This document shows, piece after piece, positions 47,238 to 56,604 of a stretch of 64,000 nucleotides of DNA. Source of the DNA: a virus. The stretch lies in the IMG/VR virus record IMGVR_UViG_3300009068_000023. One strand, given 5' to 3'. The stretch's first letter is position 1. Every line of letters starts with the position of its first letter. A program made the position numbers and the translations under genes. A model generated the notes under the pieces. That model was given only the letters and a program-made list of their open reading frames with translations, did not search any database and was not told where the DNA came from.

Positions 47238-48143
47238 ATGACAGTAGATTTTAGTCAACTCAAGAAGTCCCGTCAGAATCAATTTGATAAGCTTACCAGT
47301 GAGCTAAACAAGCTCAGTGAAACTCAGCAAGGTGGTCGCTCTGACGATGACCGGTTCTGGAAGCCAGAGGTTGACAAGGCAGGCAATGGATATGCAGTTA
47401 TTCGCTTCTTGCCTGCACCAGCAAATGAAGACGTGCCGTTTGTTCGTATCTGGGATCATGGATTCCAAGGCCCCGGTGGCTGGTATATTGAGAAGTCGCT
47501 TACTACTCTAGGTAAGCCAGATCCTGTATCCGAATATAATACCCAACTGTGGAATTCTGGAGTAGAAGCTAATAAGGATCTAGTACGCAAGCAAAAGCGT
47601 CGCCTTAGCTTTATCTCGAACATCTACGTTGTTAAGGATCCCTCTCATCCTGAAAACGAAGGCAAGGTCTTCCTTTACAAGTATGGTAAGAAGATTTTCG
47701 ATAAGCTTAACGAAGCTATGAACCCTCAGTTTGAAGATGAAAAGCCTATCAACCCGTTTGATCTATGGGAAGGCGCTAATTTCAAGCTTAAGATTCGTGA
47801 TGTAGAAGGCTATCGCAATTATGATAAGTCAGAGTTTGAGTCAGCTAATCCACTGCTTGGTGATGACGCAGCCCTTGAACGAGTCTGGAAGCAAGAGCAT
47901 TCGTTGAACACGTTCCTTGAAGCTTCTAACTTTAAGTCGTATGATGAACTTAAGGCCAAGCTTAACAAGGTGCTAGGTCTGGATGGCTGAGTTGCTAGTC
48001 GAGCTACTGCAGAGACTGCTTCTGCACCGTGGGATAATGTTGAAACTGTTCAAGCACCTGCTATTAAGAGCAAGGCCGAACCTGCGCTAGAAGATGATGA
48101 CGATAGCATGGACTTCTTCAAGCGTCTGGCAGAAGAGGATTAA
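47238..48143 (+). CDS. 32: ssDNA-binding protein gp32; in-frame TGA at 47988-47990
   Basis: DDRFWKPEVDKAGNGYAVIRFLP...YRNYDKSEF; the acidic tail EDDDDSMDFFKRLAEED lies in frame beyond the TGA. Confidence 0.9.
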
Positions 48144-50068
48144 TAGGAAGATGCGTGACGTGTACCGTAACCTAAAGAGCCCCGGTTTGCTATGGGCGAA
48201 GGTATAGTGTCGGCATCTTTAGCACCGCTTTTGCCTAGTTTTTGAGTAGTATCTTTAGTATTGTTGTTGATGATAGGGGCCGCTGCTTTTGTACTAGCAG
48301 CGGCTTCATTCTGTTCAGACATAGAAGATACATCTTCACCCCGGCCTCTGCTCTTTTCTAGCGCTGCTTTTTCTTTAGGGGTTTTAAATTTAGCCCAGTC
48401 AAAGCCGCCAGACTCTGTGACATCACTAACAGTAACTGGATTGCTAGTTGCAGCAGGTTTGCTAGAAACCATAGCCCCCTGTTCCTGCCCGCCAGAAGTA
48501 TCCATTTCTTCTTCACCGGGAATCATAGGTACTGGTTCGTTTAGCGGGGTAGATAAAATACTACCTTTTTTCTCTTGCTGCGGACCTGCACCCTGTCTTA
48601 TCATAGAAACAATTGTAGGGCCTCGTCTACCTACTTGACCATACCATTTGCTGCTCTCTAAACTACTTGCAGCACCCTCTACGTTACCTGCTTCTAACTG
48701 TTTAGTAAAGTTAGGCCACTTTTTGTACCAGGCAGGACCCATATTGAACGTTAAGTCAATAAGAGCTCCTTTGCCAGTGTCATTAAGTTTATTATAACCT
48801 GGAATCTTTTCTGCAGCTTTTTGATGATGTTCGAAGTCTTTATCGAAAATATTATTGACTTCATCGATACTAAATTCTCTATTATATTCTGGCGGTAGAG
48901 TCTTACCATCACCTATTAAATGGCCAACACCTACTGTCCATAGGCCTAGAGAGTCTTTGTATGGTCTAGTTCTAACACCTTCGTGCTTCTTAATCATATC
49001 TTTGGCGTCTTTAAAGCCGCCACCGGTAGAGGATTTAAAGCCTATAGATGCACCAGGTGTTATGCCAGTGCCGCTTCCTGAGCTACTTTCTAAAGATGAA
49101 CTAGTAGAAGGTTTTCCAGTTTGCATAGATGGATGTGCTCCACCCATACCTGACTCTTTTGACGAAACCGGAGAAGCTTTTTCTACTGGAGCAGCACCTG
49201 GGGCTTGCTGAGTGCTTCCTTCCATCATGGAACTAGAAGTAGAAGTGCTAGTTGAAGTCTCCTGAGGCGATTTAACTTCCTGTACCTTCTCCCCACCTGT
49301 AACTTCTTTTTCTACCCCCTTTTCATCTATTTCTTTTTCTTCAGTAACCTTCTCTTCTTCGTCTTCTTTTTCTTCTTCTTTATCAGATTCATCTTTTACT
49401 AAAGCTTGACCTAGTTTGACAGCCCCGTAACCTACAGCGGCAGCTACTGCAAGCTTGCCACCTTTGCCCATTCTACCTACACTCTTTATAAGCTTAACAG
49501 TAGTAGTAATGGCATCAAAAACACTCTTAAGTAGTTTTGCTCCAAAAAAGGTAGCTAATCCTACTCCAACTACTTTTAGAGCAGTAGATAATCCGCTAAA
49601 GCCATTATCCTTATCACCTGTTACCTCGGTTACGCCTTCTGTAAACCCTTTAAGAATAGCTTTAATTCTTTTCTTAGTATCTTCTGGTAGTAATGTATAT
49701 AAAGCACCAGCTAATGCAGCAGCAACTACTGGATTAGTAAATAGCGACTTAAGTATACCAAAGAAGCCAGGGCCTTCTTCTTTTACTGCAACCTTCTCTT
49801 TTTTATCTACGGTATCCGGCTTAGCCTCCATAGCAACCTCTTCCTTATCGTATGCACTTTTTGACTCATACGATAAAAGATTAAGAAGCGATGCATGCAT
49901 GTCTTTTATAGCAGTGTTTAACTCTGTTAAAGACGAATTAACTTCACCTAGGTTATCATTTATTCTTTCAACGTCTAGCGCAGCTAGCTTGTTATCTTCA
50001 GGCTGAGTAGTACCTAAGGTACTTTTCTGAACGATTGATTTCTTTAAAAGAGCTGGAATTTCTTTCAT
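48140..50068 (-). CDS. tail hub/tape-measure-associated protein with T4-type lysozyme domain
   Basis: KHEGVR..PYKDSLGLWTVGVGHL, DLTFNMG, SKWY.QVGRR. Confidence 0.8.
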   Translation of the reverse strand: MKEIPALLKKSIVQKSTLGTTQPEDNKLAALDVERINDNLGEVNSSLTELNTAIKDMHASLLNLLSYESKSAYDKEEVAMEAKPDTVDKKEKVAVKEEGPGFFGILKSLFTNPVVAAALAGALYTLLPEDTKKRIKAILKGFTEGVTEVTGDKDNGFSGLSTALKVVGVGLATFFGAKLLKSVFDAITTTVKLIKSVGRMGKGGKLAVAAAVGYGAVKLGQALVKDESDKEEEKEDEEEKVTEEKEIDEKGVEKEVTGGEKVQEVKSPQETSTSTSTSSSMMEGSTQQAPGAAPVEKASPVSSKESGMGGAHPSMQTGKPSTSSSLESSSGSGTGITPGASIGFKSSTGGGFKDAKDMIKKHEGVRTRPYKDSLGLWTVGVGHLIGDGKTLPPEYNREFSIDEVNNIFDKDFEHHQKAAEKIPGYNKLNDTGKGALIDLTFNMGPAWYKKWPNFTKQLEAGNVEGAASSLESSKWYGQVGRRGPTIVSMIRQGAGPQQEKKGSILSTPLNEPVPMIPGEEEMDTSGGQEQGAMVSSKPAATSNPVTVSDVTESGGFDWAKFKTPKEKAALEKSRGRGEDVSSMSEQNEAAASTKAAAPIINNNTKDTTQKLGKSGAKDADTIPSPIANRGSLGYGTRHASSY

Positions 50069-51700
50069 TTAAAATCCTACGCTATCCGAAAAAACAGAAG
50101 GTGTTGAAAAGTTTCTAGGTGTTTCAGCAGGCATCACTGTTTTGTTAGTAGTATTATTTACAATAATAGGCGGTGACTGTCTATTATTTTGTTTTTTAGC
50201 AATAACGACCTGCTCTGAATTAATTTGAGTTTGCTGACCGGTGCTTGCCACAGGCTCCATTACAGCTGGAGCAGTACTAGAAGGTTCTGCTGTTTGTTCA
50301 GAAGTCTTATTAGTAGCGCTTGTAGTAGGTGCTGAGGCTTGAGTGCTAGCAGCAGAGGTTTGTTGTCGTGTGTTTGTTTCTGGTTGCTCAGATACTGCTT
50401 TTTTACTAGCAGGAGGTTGAGAAGCAGATACTGGTGGTTTGCTTACTCCTTCTGCAGCATTGTCTTCTTTTTCTTCTTTAGGCTTACCTATAATATCTTT
50501 TGCTTTATTAGCTAGCCAAGATGATATAATTTTCTTTTCTAAAAGAAAATCAATACCTTTAATAAGAACTCTTTTTACAGTGTTAAGATCGAAGAATCCT
50601 AATGTAACAGACTTAATAAAATTATCTGCAAAGAGCTTTCCTACTCTTTCTACACCACTCTCACCTTTCTCAGGATCTGTAGTAAAGTAGTCAACTAAAG
50701 TATTGATACCAGCATCTACTGCCGCACCTAAAAGATACCCTATACCAGTGATTGCAAGGCCAGTCTTGATTGCTCTTACTACTTTAAGAACACTCTTAAG
50801 ACCACCAAACACCATCTGCTTAAACTTAATAGCTAGTGTCTTAAAATTAGTAAGCTCTTTAACCTTATTAAAAGTTTTAGTACTGTAATCTTTAAATAAA
50901 TTAACTTTATTCTTAATTACATTAATATTCTTTTTTAAGACCCTGGTAAGCTCTATCTTTTTGTTATACTTTATATTCTTCTTTTCTAATCTTCTTTTAA
51001 GCTTATCGTTTCTATTTTTTAATTTTTCTTTTTGCTTCTTTAAGTCTTCTTTCTCACCATCTATTTCTGGTACAGCAGATTTTTTAAGATCTGTTTCTGG
51101 AGTAACCGGCTTATTTTGATTGGCTTGAGATAGAATGCCAGTTACCTCAGCCAATCTCTTGATACTCATAAAAGCATCATATACACCCTTAAGTATCTTA
51201 AACCCAAAATATACTTTTAAGATATCAAATAAGTTTTTAGTAATAAACTTAAGAGTTTTTAATACAGGCTCAGGCAATCCTAAATTTTCTATAATACCAT
51301 CAAAAAAACCAGTTACTATTGCTCTAATTTTATCATTAAAAAGCAATGCAAATAGGGCTGTAAATTTAAGTATATCAAACCCTGCTTTCTTTAACTCTGG
51401 TTTAGAGATGTTAGAAGCTTTAGGGCCATCTACTCTTACAGCTGTTGTTTTTGTTGCCTGCTCACGCTTTTTAGAAAGCAAAAACTTATCTAAATCAGCT
51501 ACTACTAACTGAGAGCTATCCACCAGCTCCGAGCTAACTAGTTTTATCTTTTCAGAGGTATCAGTTAATTTATTAAGAGAAGCTATAAATTTCTCTAAAG
51601 GAAATTTTCTAGTAAATCGACCAGTCTTAGTGCTTCTGAACGATGCAGAATTAAGATCTAGCTTCTCGTCTAGATTTGGCTTAAACGGTAAAGATGACAT
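50069..51700 (-). CDS. tape-measure-like (gp29-like) protein
   Basis: Long helical, basic protein in the gp26/51-adjacent position. Confidence 0.55.
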   Translation of the reverse strand: MSSLPFKPNLDEKLDLNSASFRSTKTGRFTRKFPLEKFIASLNKLTDTSEKIKLVSSELVDSSQLVVADLDKFLLSKKREQATKTTAVRVDGPKASNISKPELKKAGFDILKFTALFALLFNDKIRAIVTGFFDGIIENLGLPEPVLKTLKFITKNLFDILKVYFGFKILKGVYDAFMSIKRLAEVTGILSQANQNKPVTPETDLKKSAVPEIDGEKEDLKKQKEKLKNRNDKLKRRLEKKNIKYNKKIELTRVLKKNINVIKNKVNLFKDYSTKTFNKVKELTNFKTLAIKFKQMVFGGLKSVLKVVRAIKTGLAITGIGYLLGAAVDAGINTLVDYFTTDPEKGESGVERVGKLFADNFIKSVTLGFFDLNTVKRVLIKGIDFLLEKKIISSWLANKAKDIIGKPKEEKEDNAAEGVSKPPVSASQPPASKKAVSEQPETNTRQQTSAASTQASAPTTSATNKTSEQTAEPSSTAPAVMEPVASTGQQTQINSEQVVIAKKQNNRQSPPIIVNNTTNKTVMPAETPRNFSTPSVFSDSVGF

Positions 51701-51883
51701 TTAAGTGTTTAATCTTTTCTTTTCTTTTTCTAAGTAATCTAATAACATATCTACATAAAGATCTCTCTCAAATGGTATCATTTCTTCTATTTCTGCTATC
51801 GACCATTTATGGTGCTGAGTCAAACTAAAATTAAGTACGTAATAATTAGTGATGCTACTATGACTCAGCCCAACGTAAAAAAA
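51701..51883 (-). CDS. 51: baseplate hub assembly protein gp51-like; no own start codon, probably reached by -1 frameshift
   Basis: LSHSSITNYYVLNFSLTQHHKWSIAEIEEMIPFERDLYVDML; stop abuts the ATG at 51700. Confidence 0.8.
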   Translation of the reverse strand, partial: FFYVGLSHSSITNYYVLNFSLTQHHKWSIAEIEEMIPFERDLYVDMLLDYLEKEKKRLNT

Positions 51884-52575
51884 TCATTTAATGAAGTAAG
51901 AGGTATTACCTTTTCCTTGCCTAAGCTATTCGTATATTTTACTTCATAGTAAAGCTTCGGCATAGTAGTAAGGAACTCTTGAATCTTTTCAAATGTCTTT
52001 AGATCTAGATCAGATACAAACTCTAATACTTCTTCGAAGCTATAATCAGAGGTCTTATAGACACCGTTTTCGTCATAGATGCTTTCTACACAGTTTGCTA
52101 TTACATTAAATACAGCTTCTGATTGTTCAGCATCATCCATAGACAGAAGGGAAGTATCGACCGTAGGGTATCTTAGTATCATACCAGTGGTGCTATTAAT
52201 TTCTACTTTGTTAGTATGACCTTCGGTAGTCTTAATTTCTACTTCGTCAAGGTCTACTTGTACCTTGTACTTCTTATTGTCTTCTAAATCGCGATATGTT
52301 AATTCAATAACAGTACCTATTGACTTGCCTCTCAACTTTAAAAAGAAATATTCTAAATCAAAAGAGGCAAAATTATCAATATCCACATTTTCTGTAACAA
52401 TACAGTTATTAATAACTTGCTTAATAGAATTAACAATTTCAGCTGTATCTTTACCAGACTGAGCCATAAGAAGAAGTTTTTCTTCTTTTACTAAGAAAGG
52501 ACGGTATTTAATTACTTTGTTATTTGATGGTAAAGTCAGTTCATAAATTGGTACTGATAACTTAGGTAAAGCCAT
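51865..52575 (-). CDS. 26: baseplate hub assembly chaperone gp26-like
   Basis: MALPKL..P.YEL.LPS....IKYRPFLVKEEK...LR.KSIG...MPKL...DFF. Confidence 0.9.
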   Translation of the reverse strand: MALPKLSVPIYELTLPSNNKVIKYRPFLVKEEKLLLMAQSGKDTAEIVNSIKQVINNCIVTENVDIDNFASFDLEYFFLKLRGKSIGTVIELTYRDLEDNKKYKVQVDLDEVEIKTTEGHTNKVEINSTTGMILRYPTVDTSLLSMDDAEQSEAVFNVIANCVESIYDENGVYKTSDYSFEEVLEFVSDLDLKTFEKIQEFLTTMPKLYYEVKYTNSLGKEKVIPLTSLNDFFTLG

Positions 52576-52584
52576 AATAATCTC

Positions 52585-53508
52585 CTAGAATAAACCTCTA
52601 AGACCGCCTGTAGCTATCTTAGCATTGTTCACGACGTTAATAATATCTGCTACCCCGGTAGGCTTTCTTAATGAAGCAAGCGTCTGAACCGCGGAACCAA
52701 CTTGTATAAGTTTTTGTAGATTGGAAATACTTGCACCTTGATTTTGCAAGGTCGAATTAATATTGATTCTATCTAGAGTCCAGTTAAAGAAGGTAAATGT
52801 AACTGGTATTCTCATAAAGCTATCATTTTCAGCCCAGCTAAGTTGGATATCCCCTAAAAAGATAGGATATGCATCATGTAATCTACAAATAATAATTTCT
52901 TGGTCTACATCATTAATACAAGTTATAAAGACATCAACTGCATAGTCTTCCTTGTATTCTACCTCATATGCACCTAAACCATTATAGCCGGCAACTGTAG
53001 TATTGTTAGGTAAGGTATCATACTTTATAATACCATTCATCCAAGTATAAAAATGGTTATATACTTTGCCAGTATTATCTCCTATAAAGGAAAACGACTG
53101 GTCAGTAAATATAGGGGCATATGGTTTCTTTTCTAAAGGCCCTACTCCATATCTTCTTATTTCAGATGTTGCAAGAGATACTCCAGGTAGTGAAGTTGAC
53201 TCACACAACAAAGATACAGTAGAATCAGTAATGATAGGAGAGTTTCCAGATGACGCGCCTCTCATCATCTTAGGTACAGGTATACTAACATAAAATAGAT
53301 TAGTTCTTGCTACTCCGCCTAATCTATTAATAAGCGACCTAAAAGTCTCTACATTTCTAAGACTGTTATTATTTTGAGGTCTTCCGTTTACAAATGTATT
53401 TAAAGACTGTCTTAGAGATGGGGGTAGAAAATCTTGCAAAGCATTAGCTGTGCCTACAACGTCTCTACCTTTTGAAATAGATTTACCGATTAAATCTGAA
53501 ATAGCCAT
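52585..53508 (-). CDS. tail-tube-fold protein (gp54-like baseplate tube initiator)
   Basis: GGVARTNLF, LCESTSLPG, L.DAYP....I.LSW...VTFTF. Confidence 0.7.
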   Translation of the reverse strand: MAISDLIGKSISKGRDVVGTANALQDFLPPSLRQSLNTFVNGRPQNNNSLRNVETFRSLINRLGGVARTNLFYVSIPVPKMMRGASSGNSPIITDSTVSLLCESTSLPGVSLATSEIRRYGVGPLEKKPYAPIFTDQSFSFIGDNTGKVYNHFYTWMNGIIKYDTLPNNTTVAGYNGLGAYEVEYKEDYAVDVFITCINDVDQEIIICRLHDAYPIFLGDIQLSWAENDSFMRIPVTFTFFNWTLDRININSTLQNQGASISNLQKLIQVGSAVQTLASLRKPTGVADIINVVNNAKIATGGLRGLF

Positions 53509-54107
53509 TACCTGTTTTCTCTTATTGTTTGTTTGCTATCTTTGTATACTGTGTTTACCGAAGCACCAACAAACTTCTGTAAAGGTAAGAAAACCGCAAT
53601 ATCCCACTCGGCTGGTTCAATATATACAAATCTGGTCTTAACTTGTTTATTTAGATAGTGCTTAATACAAGGTTTGAAGTATCTAAACTTTGATGCACTT
53701 GATAGAATTTTGTAAGACATTCTAAGTCTTGTACTTTCATCCATCTTATCATTATTAACTAGTGGATACAAGTTATCTAATAGAACAGCTCTATATTGCA
53801 AAGGAAGATAATGGAAATTAAGACCCAGAAAACCATCCGGCGTCTTCTCAAAAGGAAAGACTAAAGGGTATATGTCATAGTATGGTAATGTGTCTTTAGT
53901 TTTAGGATCATAGCCAAAAAGATAACACCTACCTGGTAAAACTTTAGTTCGATATCGATCTCTAGAGGAATTGATTACTCTTTGAGTATTTTGACTTCTT
54001 GTTCTAGATGCTGCATCTCTTAGCCAATTTCTAGCTGTTTCAGCCTTTTCGTCTACTTTGCCTCTAGTAGCAGCATCTTGCAGTATTTTATTAAAAACGC
54101 CTGTCAT
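53508..54107 (-). CDS. 2: DNA end protector gp2-like
   Basis: YDPKTK..LPYYD.YPL, GLNFHYLP, CIKHYL, W.IAVFLP. Confidence 0.9.
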   Translation of the reverse strand: MTGVFNKILQDAATRGKVDEKAETARNWLRDAASRTRSQNTQRVINSSRDRYRTKVLPGRCYLFGYDPKTKDTLPYYDIYPLVFPFEKTPDGFLGLNFHYLPLQYRAVLLDNLYPLVNNDKMDESTRLRMSYKILSSASKFRYFKPCIKHYLNKQVKTRFVYIEPAEWDIAVFLPLQKFVGASVNTVYKDSKQTIRENR

Positions 54108-54541
54108 TTTATTCCTAGTTCGTCCTCTGTAAGAACTTTAAACTGCCATTTTCTATCTTCACAGTACTCCATTGCTGCTTTCCATTTTGCACTATTAATA
54201 CCGTATGTAACTACTTCTCTCACATACCTTCTGGTAGGCTTTGCTTGTACTTTGGGCTCTATAGACTGCTTTTTAGGTTTTATTTCTACTACCACTGTTT
54301 CCGTAACACCTTGCTTATTCAACTGCTTTACTAAAAAATCAGGATAGTATTTGTGGATTTTACCATCAATAGGAGAACGATAGGGTATACTAAACTCTTC
54401 ACTTGCCCACTGAAGCACGTTCTTGTGCTCATCTAAATATCTCATAAACTTAAGCTCCCATAGGCTTCTATAAATAATATTAGAAGGGTCGCCTAAGTAC
54501 TTATTAGGATTCTTTGGTTTAAAATAACCTTTATAACTCAT
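54104..54541 (-). CDS. 4: head completion nuclease gp4-like
   Basis: YRSLWE, WASEE, YYPDF, EIKP, N.AKW.AA, LTEDEL. Confidence 0.92.
   Translation of the reverse strand: MSYKGYFKPKNPNKYLGDPSNIIYRSLWELKFMRYLDEHKNVLQWASEEFSIPYRSPIDGKIHKYYPDFLVKQLNKQGVTETVVVEIKPKKQSIEPKVQAKPTRRYVREVVTYGINSAKWKAAMEYCEDRKWQFKVLTEDELGIK
54469..54476 (+). promoter_or_regulatory. T4-type late promoter for the baseplate operon
   Basis: TATAAATA about 70 bp upstream of 54548. Confidence 0.6.
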
Positions 54542-54547
54542 CTATTT

Positions 54548-55732
54548 ATGGCCTTCGACTTCAGTAATTTTTCTAATAAAACTTCCATTGCCGATCAATC
54601 TTCAGTTTCTTATAACGGTGATGGCGGCAAGACGACATACTTTGGCCCTTCTAGTACCGGTGCTTCAACTGGGCTTTCTAATGTATTTAATAATTTATCT
54701 TCAAAGTTAGGACTGTCTGGATTCTCCTCTTCAGGATCCGTAAAGGGGGCTTTCGGTAGCTACGGCTCTGGAATAGTACCTCAACTTAAAGATAATCTAG
54801 GCGTGGCTTCTCCTATTAATTCTGACACACCAGAAAATTCTCCTAGCAAAACTAAATCGCCAGGAAGTCTACAATATCCTAAAGATGTAGGTAAATACTT
54901 TATTACCTTTACCTTTAAAGATCGTTTTCAATCATCGCCTATTGCACCTAGAAGATTAGTGCCTAGTGTAACTATAACATTACCTATACCTGCCAATCTT
55001 CAAGAATCATTTAATATGTCGTACTCAGACAAGCAGCTGGGTATGCTAGGGGTACTAGAAGAAGCTGGTTTAATGAATCAAGAGACACTTAATAAGATGT
55101 TTAACGGTTCAGCAAATCAAGCAGGTGCAGCAGCAAAGGATGTAGGCAAGAAGGTAGCTGGCATAGCCACATCTAGTGGTGGTGCAACTGCAGGCTTATA
55201 TGCAGTAAGACAAGCTGCTAGTACCCTAGGTTTAGAAACTGCAGGTGCTGCAATAGATAGAGTTACAGGCACAGTATTAAACCCATATCAAGAATTGCAG
55301 TTCGAAGGCGTGTCATTAAGAGAACATTCGTTTAGTTATACTTTCTCTCCTAATTCAAGAGCAGAAGCTGATTCCCTTAAGAAAATTATTCGAACATTTA
55401 AAGAAAGAATGCACCCAGAATTGAACGGTCTTCTTTTACAATTTCCAGATCAATGCAGCATAAAGCTATCATCTCCCTTTATCGATGAAGATTATTATTT
55501 TGTGCAAGACTGCTATTTAAGAGGCATGACAGTAAATTATGCGCCATCTGGTACTCCAGCATTTACTAAAAACGGTGAGCATCCTGCAGAAATATCAATT
55601 TCATTGCAGTTCGGGGAAATCAAGCCATTGTCAAGAAATACCTTTACGAAACTAGGCAATAGAGGCGCACAAGGTATTATTAAAGCAGGTAATGATTTTA
55701 TTAACAATGTCAATAAGCCGTCTAATAACTAA
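54548..55732 (+). CDS. 48: baseplate tail-tube cap gp48-like
   Basis: NPY.EL.FEGV.LR.HSF.YTF.P.S..EA; CYL..M.VNYAP. Confidence 0.8.
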   Translation: MAFDFSNFSNKTSIADQSSVSYNGDGGKTTYFGPSSTGASTGLSNVFNNLSSKLGLSGFSSSGSVKGAFGSYGSGIVPQLKDNLGVASPINSDTPENSPSKTKSPGSLQYPKDVGKYFITFTFKDRFQSSPIAPRRLVPSVTITLPIPANLQESFNMSYSDKQLGMLGVLEEAGLMNQETLNKMFNGSANQAGAAAKDVGKKVAGIATSSGGATAGLYAVRQAASTLGLETAGAAIDRVTGTVLNPYQELQFEGVSLREHSFSYTFSPNSRAEADSLKKIIRTFKERMHPELNGLLLQFPDQCSIKLSSPFIDEDYYFVQDCYLRGMTVNYAPSGTPAFTKNGEHPAEISISLQFGEIKPLSRNTFTKLGNRGAQGIIKAGNDFINNVNKPSNN

Positions 55733-56604
55733 TGAATAATCTTTTTGAAAAATTTCCAGTTATTAATTATGCCAACAACATAGGCATTAATCTTTTAACA
55801 AAGTTAAAATTTTCTGAGTCTTCTTTTAATAATTCGTCTTTATTTTATCCATATACTATTAAAGATGGCGAGAAGCCCGATCATGTAGCATTAAACTATT
55901 ATGGTGATGCCAGATATGTCTGGGTTGTTTACATGTGTAATAAGACAGTAGATCCATATTATGAATGGCCTCTCGATTCTTCTACCTTCGAACAATACAT
56001 AGTTAAAAAATATGGTAGTGTTGCCAACGCAATTAATAAAACAGCATTTTATAGAGTATCTTATCAAGATGACGATAGAATGCTATCTACATCACAATTC
56101 GAAAATGAAGGTGTATACCCCTCTGCAGTTAAAAAGTACTGGAGACCTGAAGTAAACGAACAAGGCACAACAATGTTCTATGTTCGTAAAGAATTAAATT
56201 GGGTGGTAGAGACTAACAAAGTAATATCGATAGACACTAATAATTCTAATAGCTTCAGTGTAGGCGAGATTATTAAGCAATCAAATACACAAGGTATTTC
56301 AGCTACAGGCAGTGTTAAAAATATTGTAAGTAACACAGTCTTTATAAACCATATAGAAGGTCAATTTTTTAATACCAATAATACTATTAGTGTTATTACT
56401 GGTCAAGAGTCTGGCGCTACTGCAAATGTTCTAAGTATAACATACGTTGCTAATACTATCAGCAACACAGAAGCAGTGTACTGGGAGCCGGCCAGCTTCT
56501 ATACCTATGAAGATGAGTTAAATTCTAGTAGAAAATTTATTAAGCTTATTGATAAAGCTTATATCGACAATATCGAAAAAGAAATATCTGATCTAGTATC
56601 ATGA
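55732..56604 (+). CDS. 53: baseplate wedge gp53-like
   Basis: Y.IKDGE.PD.VA..YYGD...W....N...DPY.EWP. Confidence 0.85.
   Translation: MNNLFEKFPVINYANNIGINLLTKLKFSESSFNNSSLFYPYTIKDGEKPDHVALNYYGDARYVWVVYMCNKTVDPYYEWPLDSSTFEQYIVKKYGSVANAINKTAFYRVSYQDDDRMLSTSQFENEGVYPSAVKKYWRPEVNEQGTTMFYVRKELNWVVETNKVISIDTNNSNSFSVGEIIKQSNTQGISATGSVKNIVSNTVFINHIEGQFFNTNNTISVITGQESGATANVLSITYVANTISNTEAVYWEPASFYTYEDELNSSRKFIKLIDKAYIDNIEKEISDLVS

Noticed and set aside
47988-48030. Selenocysteine insertion at the gp32 TGA
   Set aside because: The position is in a low-complexity linker, not a Cys-equivalent catalytic site, and the hairpin is too generic to call a SECIS.
48261-53641. Many plus-strand ORFs opposite the tail genes, and minus-strand ORFs opposite plus-strand genes elsewhere
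   Set aside because: Shadow frames without an RBS or recognisable motifs, overlapping well-supported genes.
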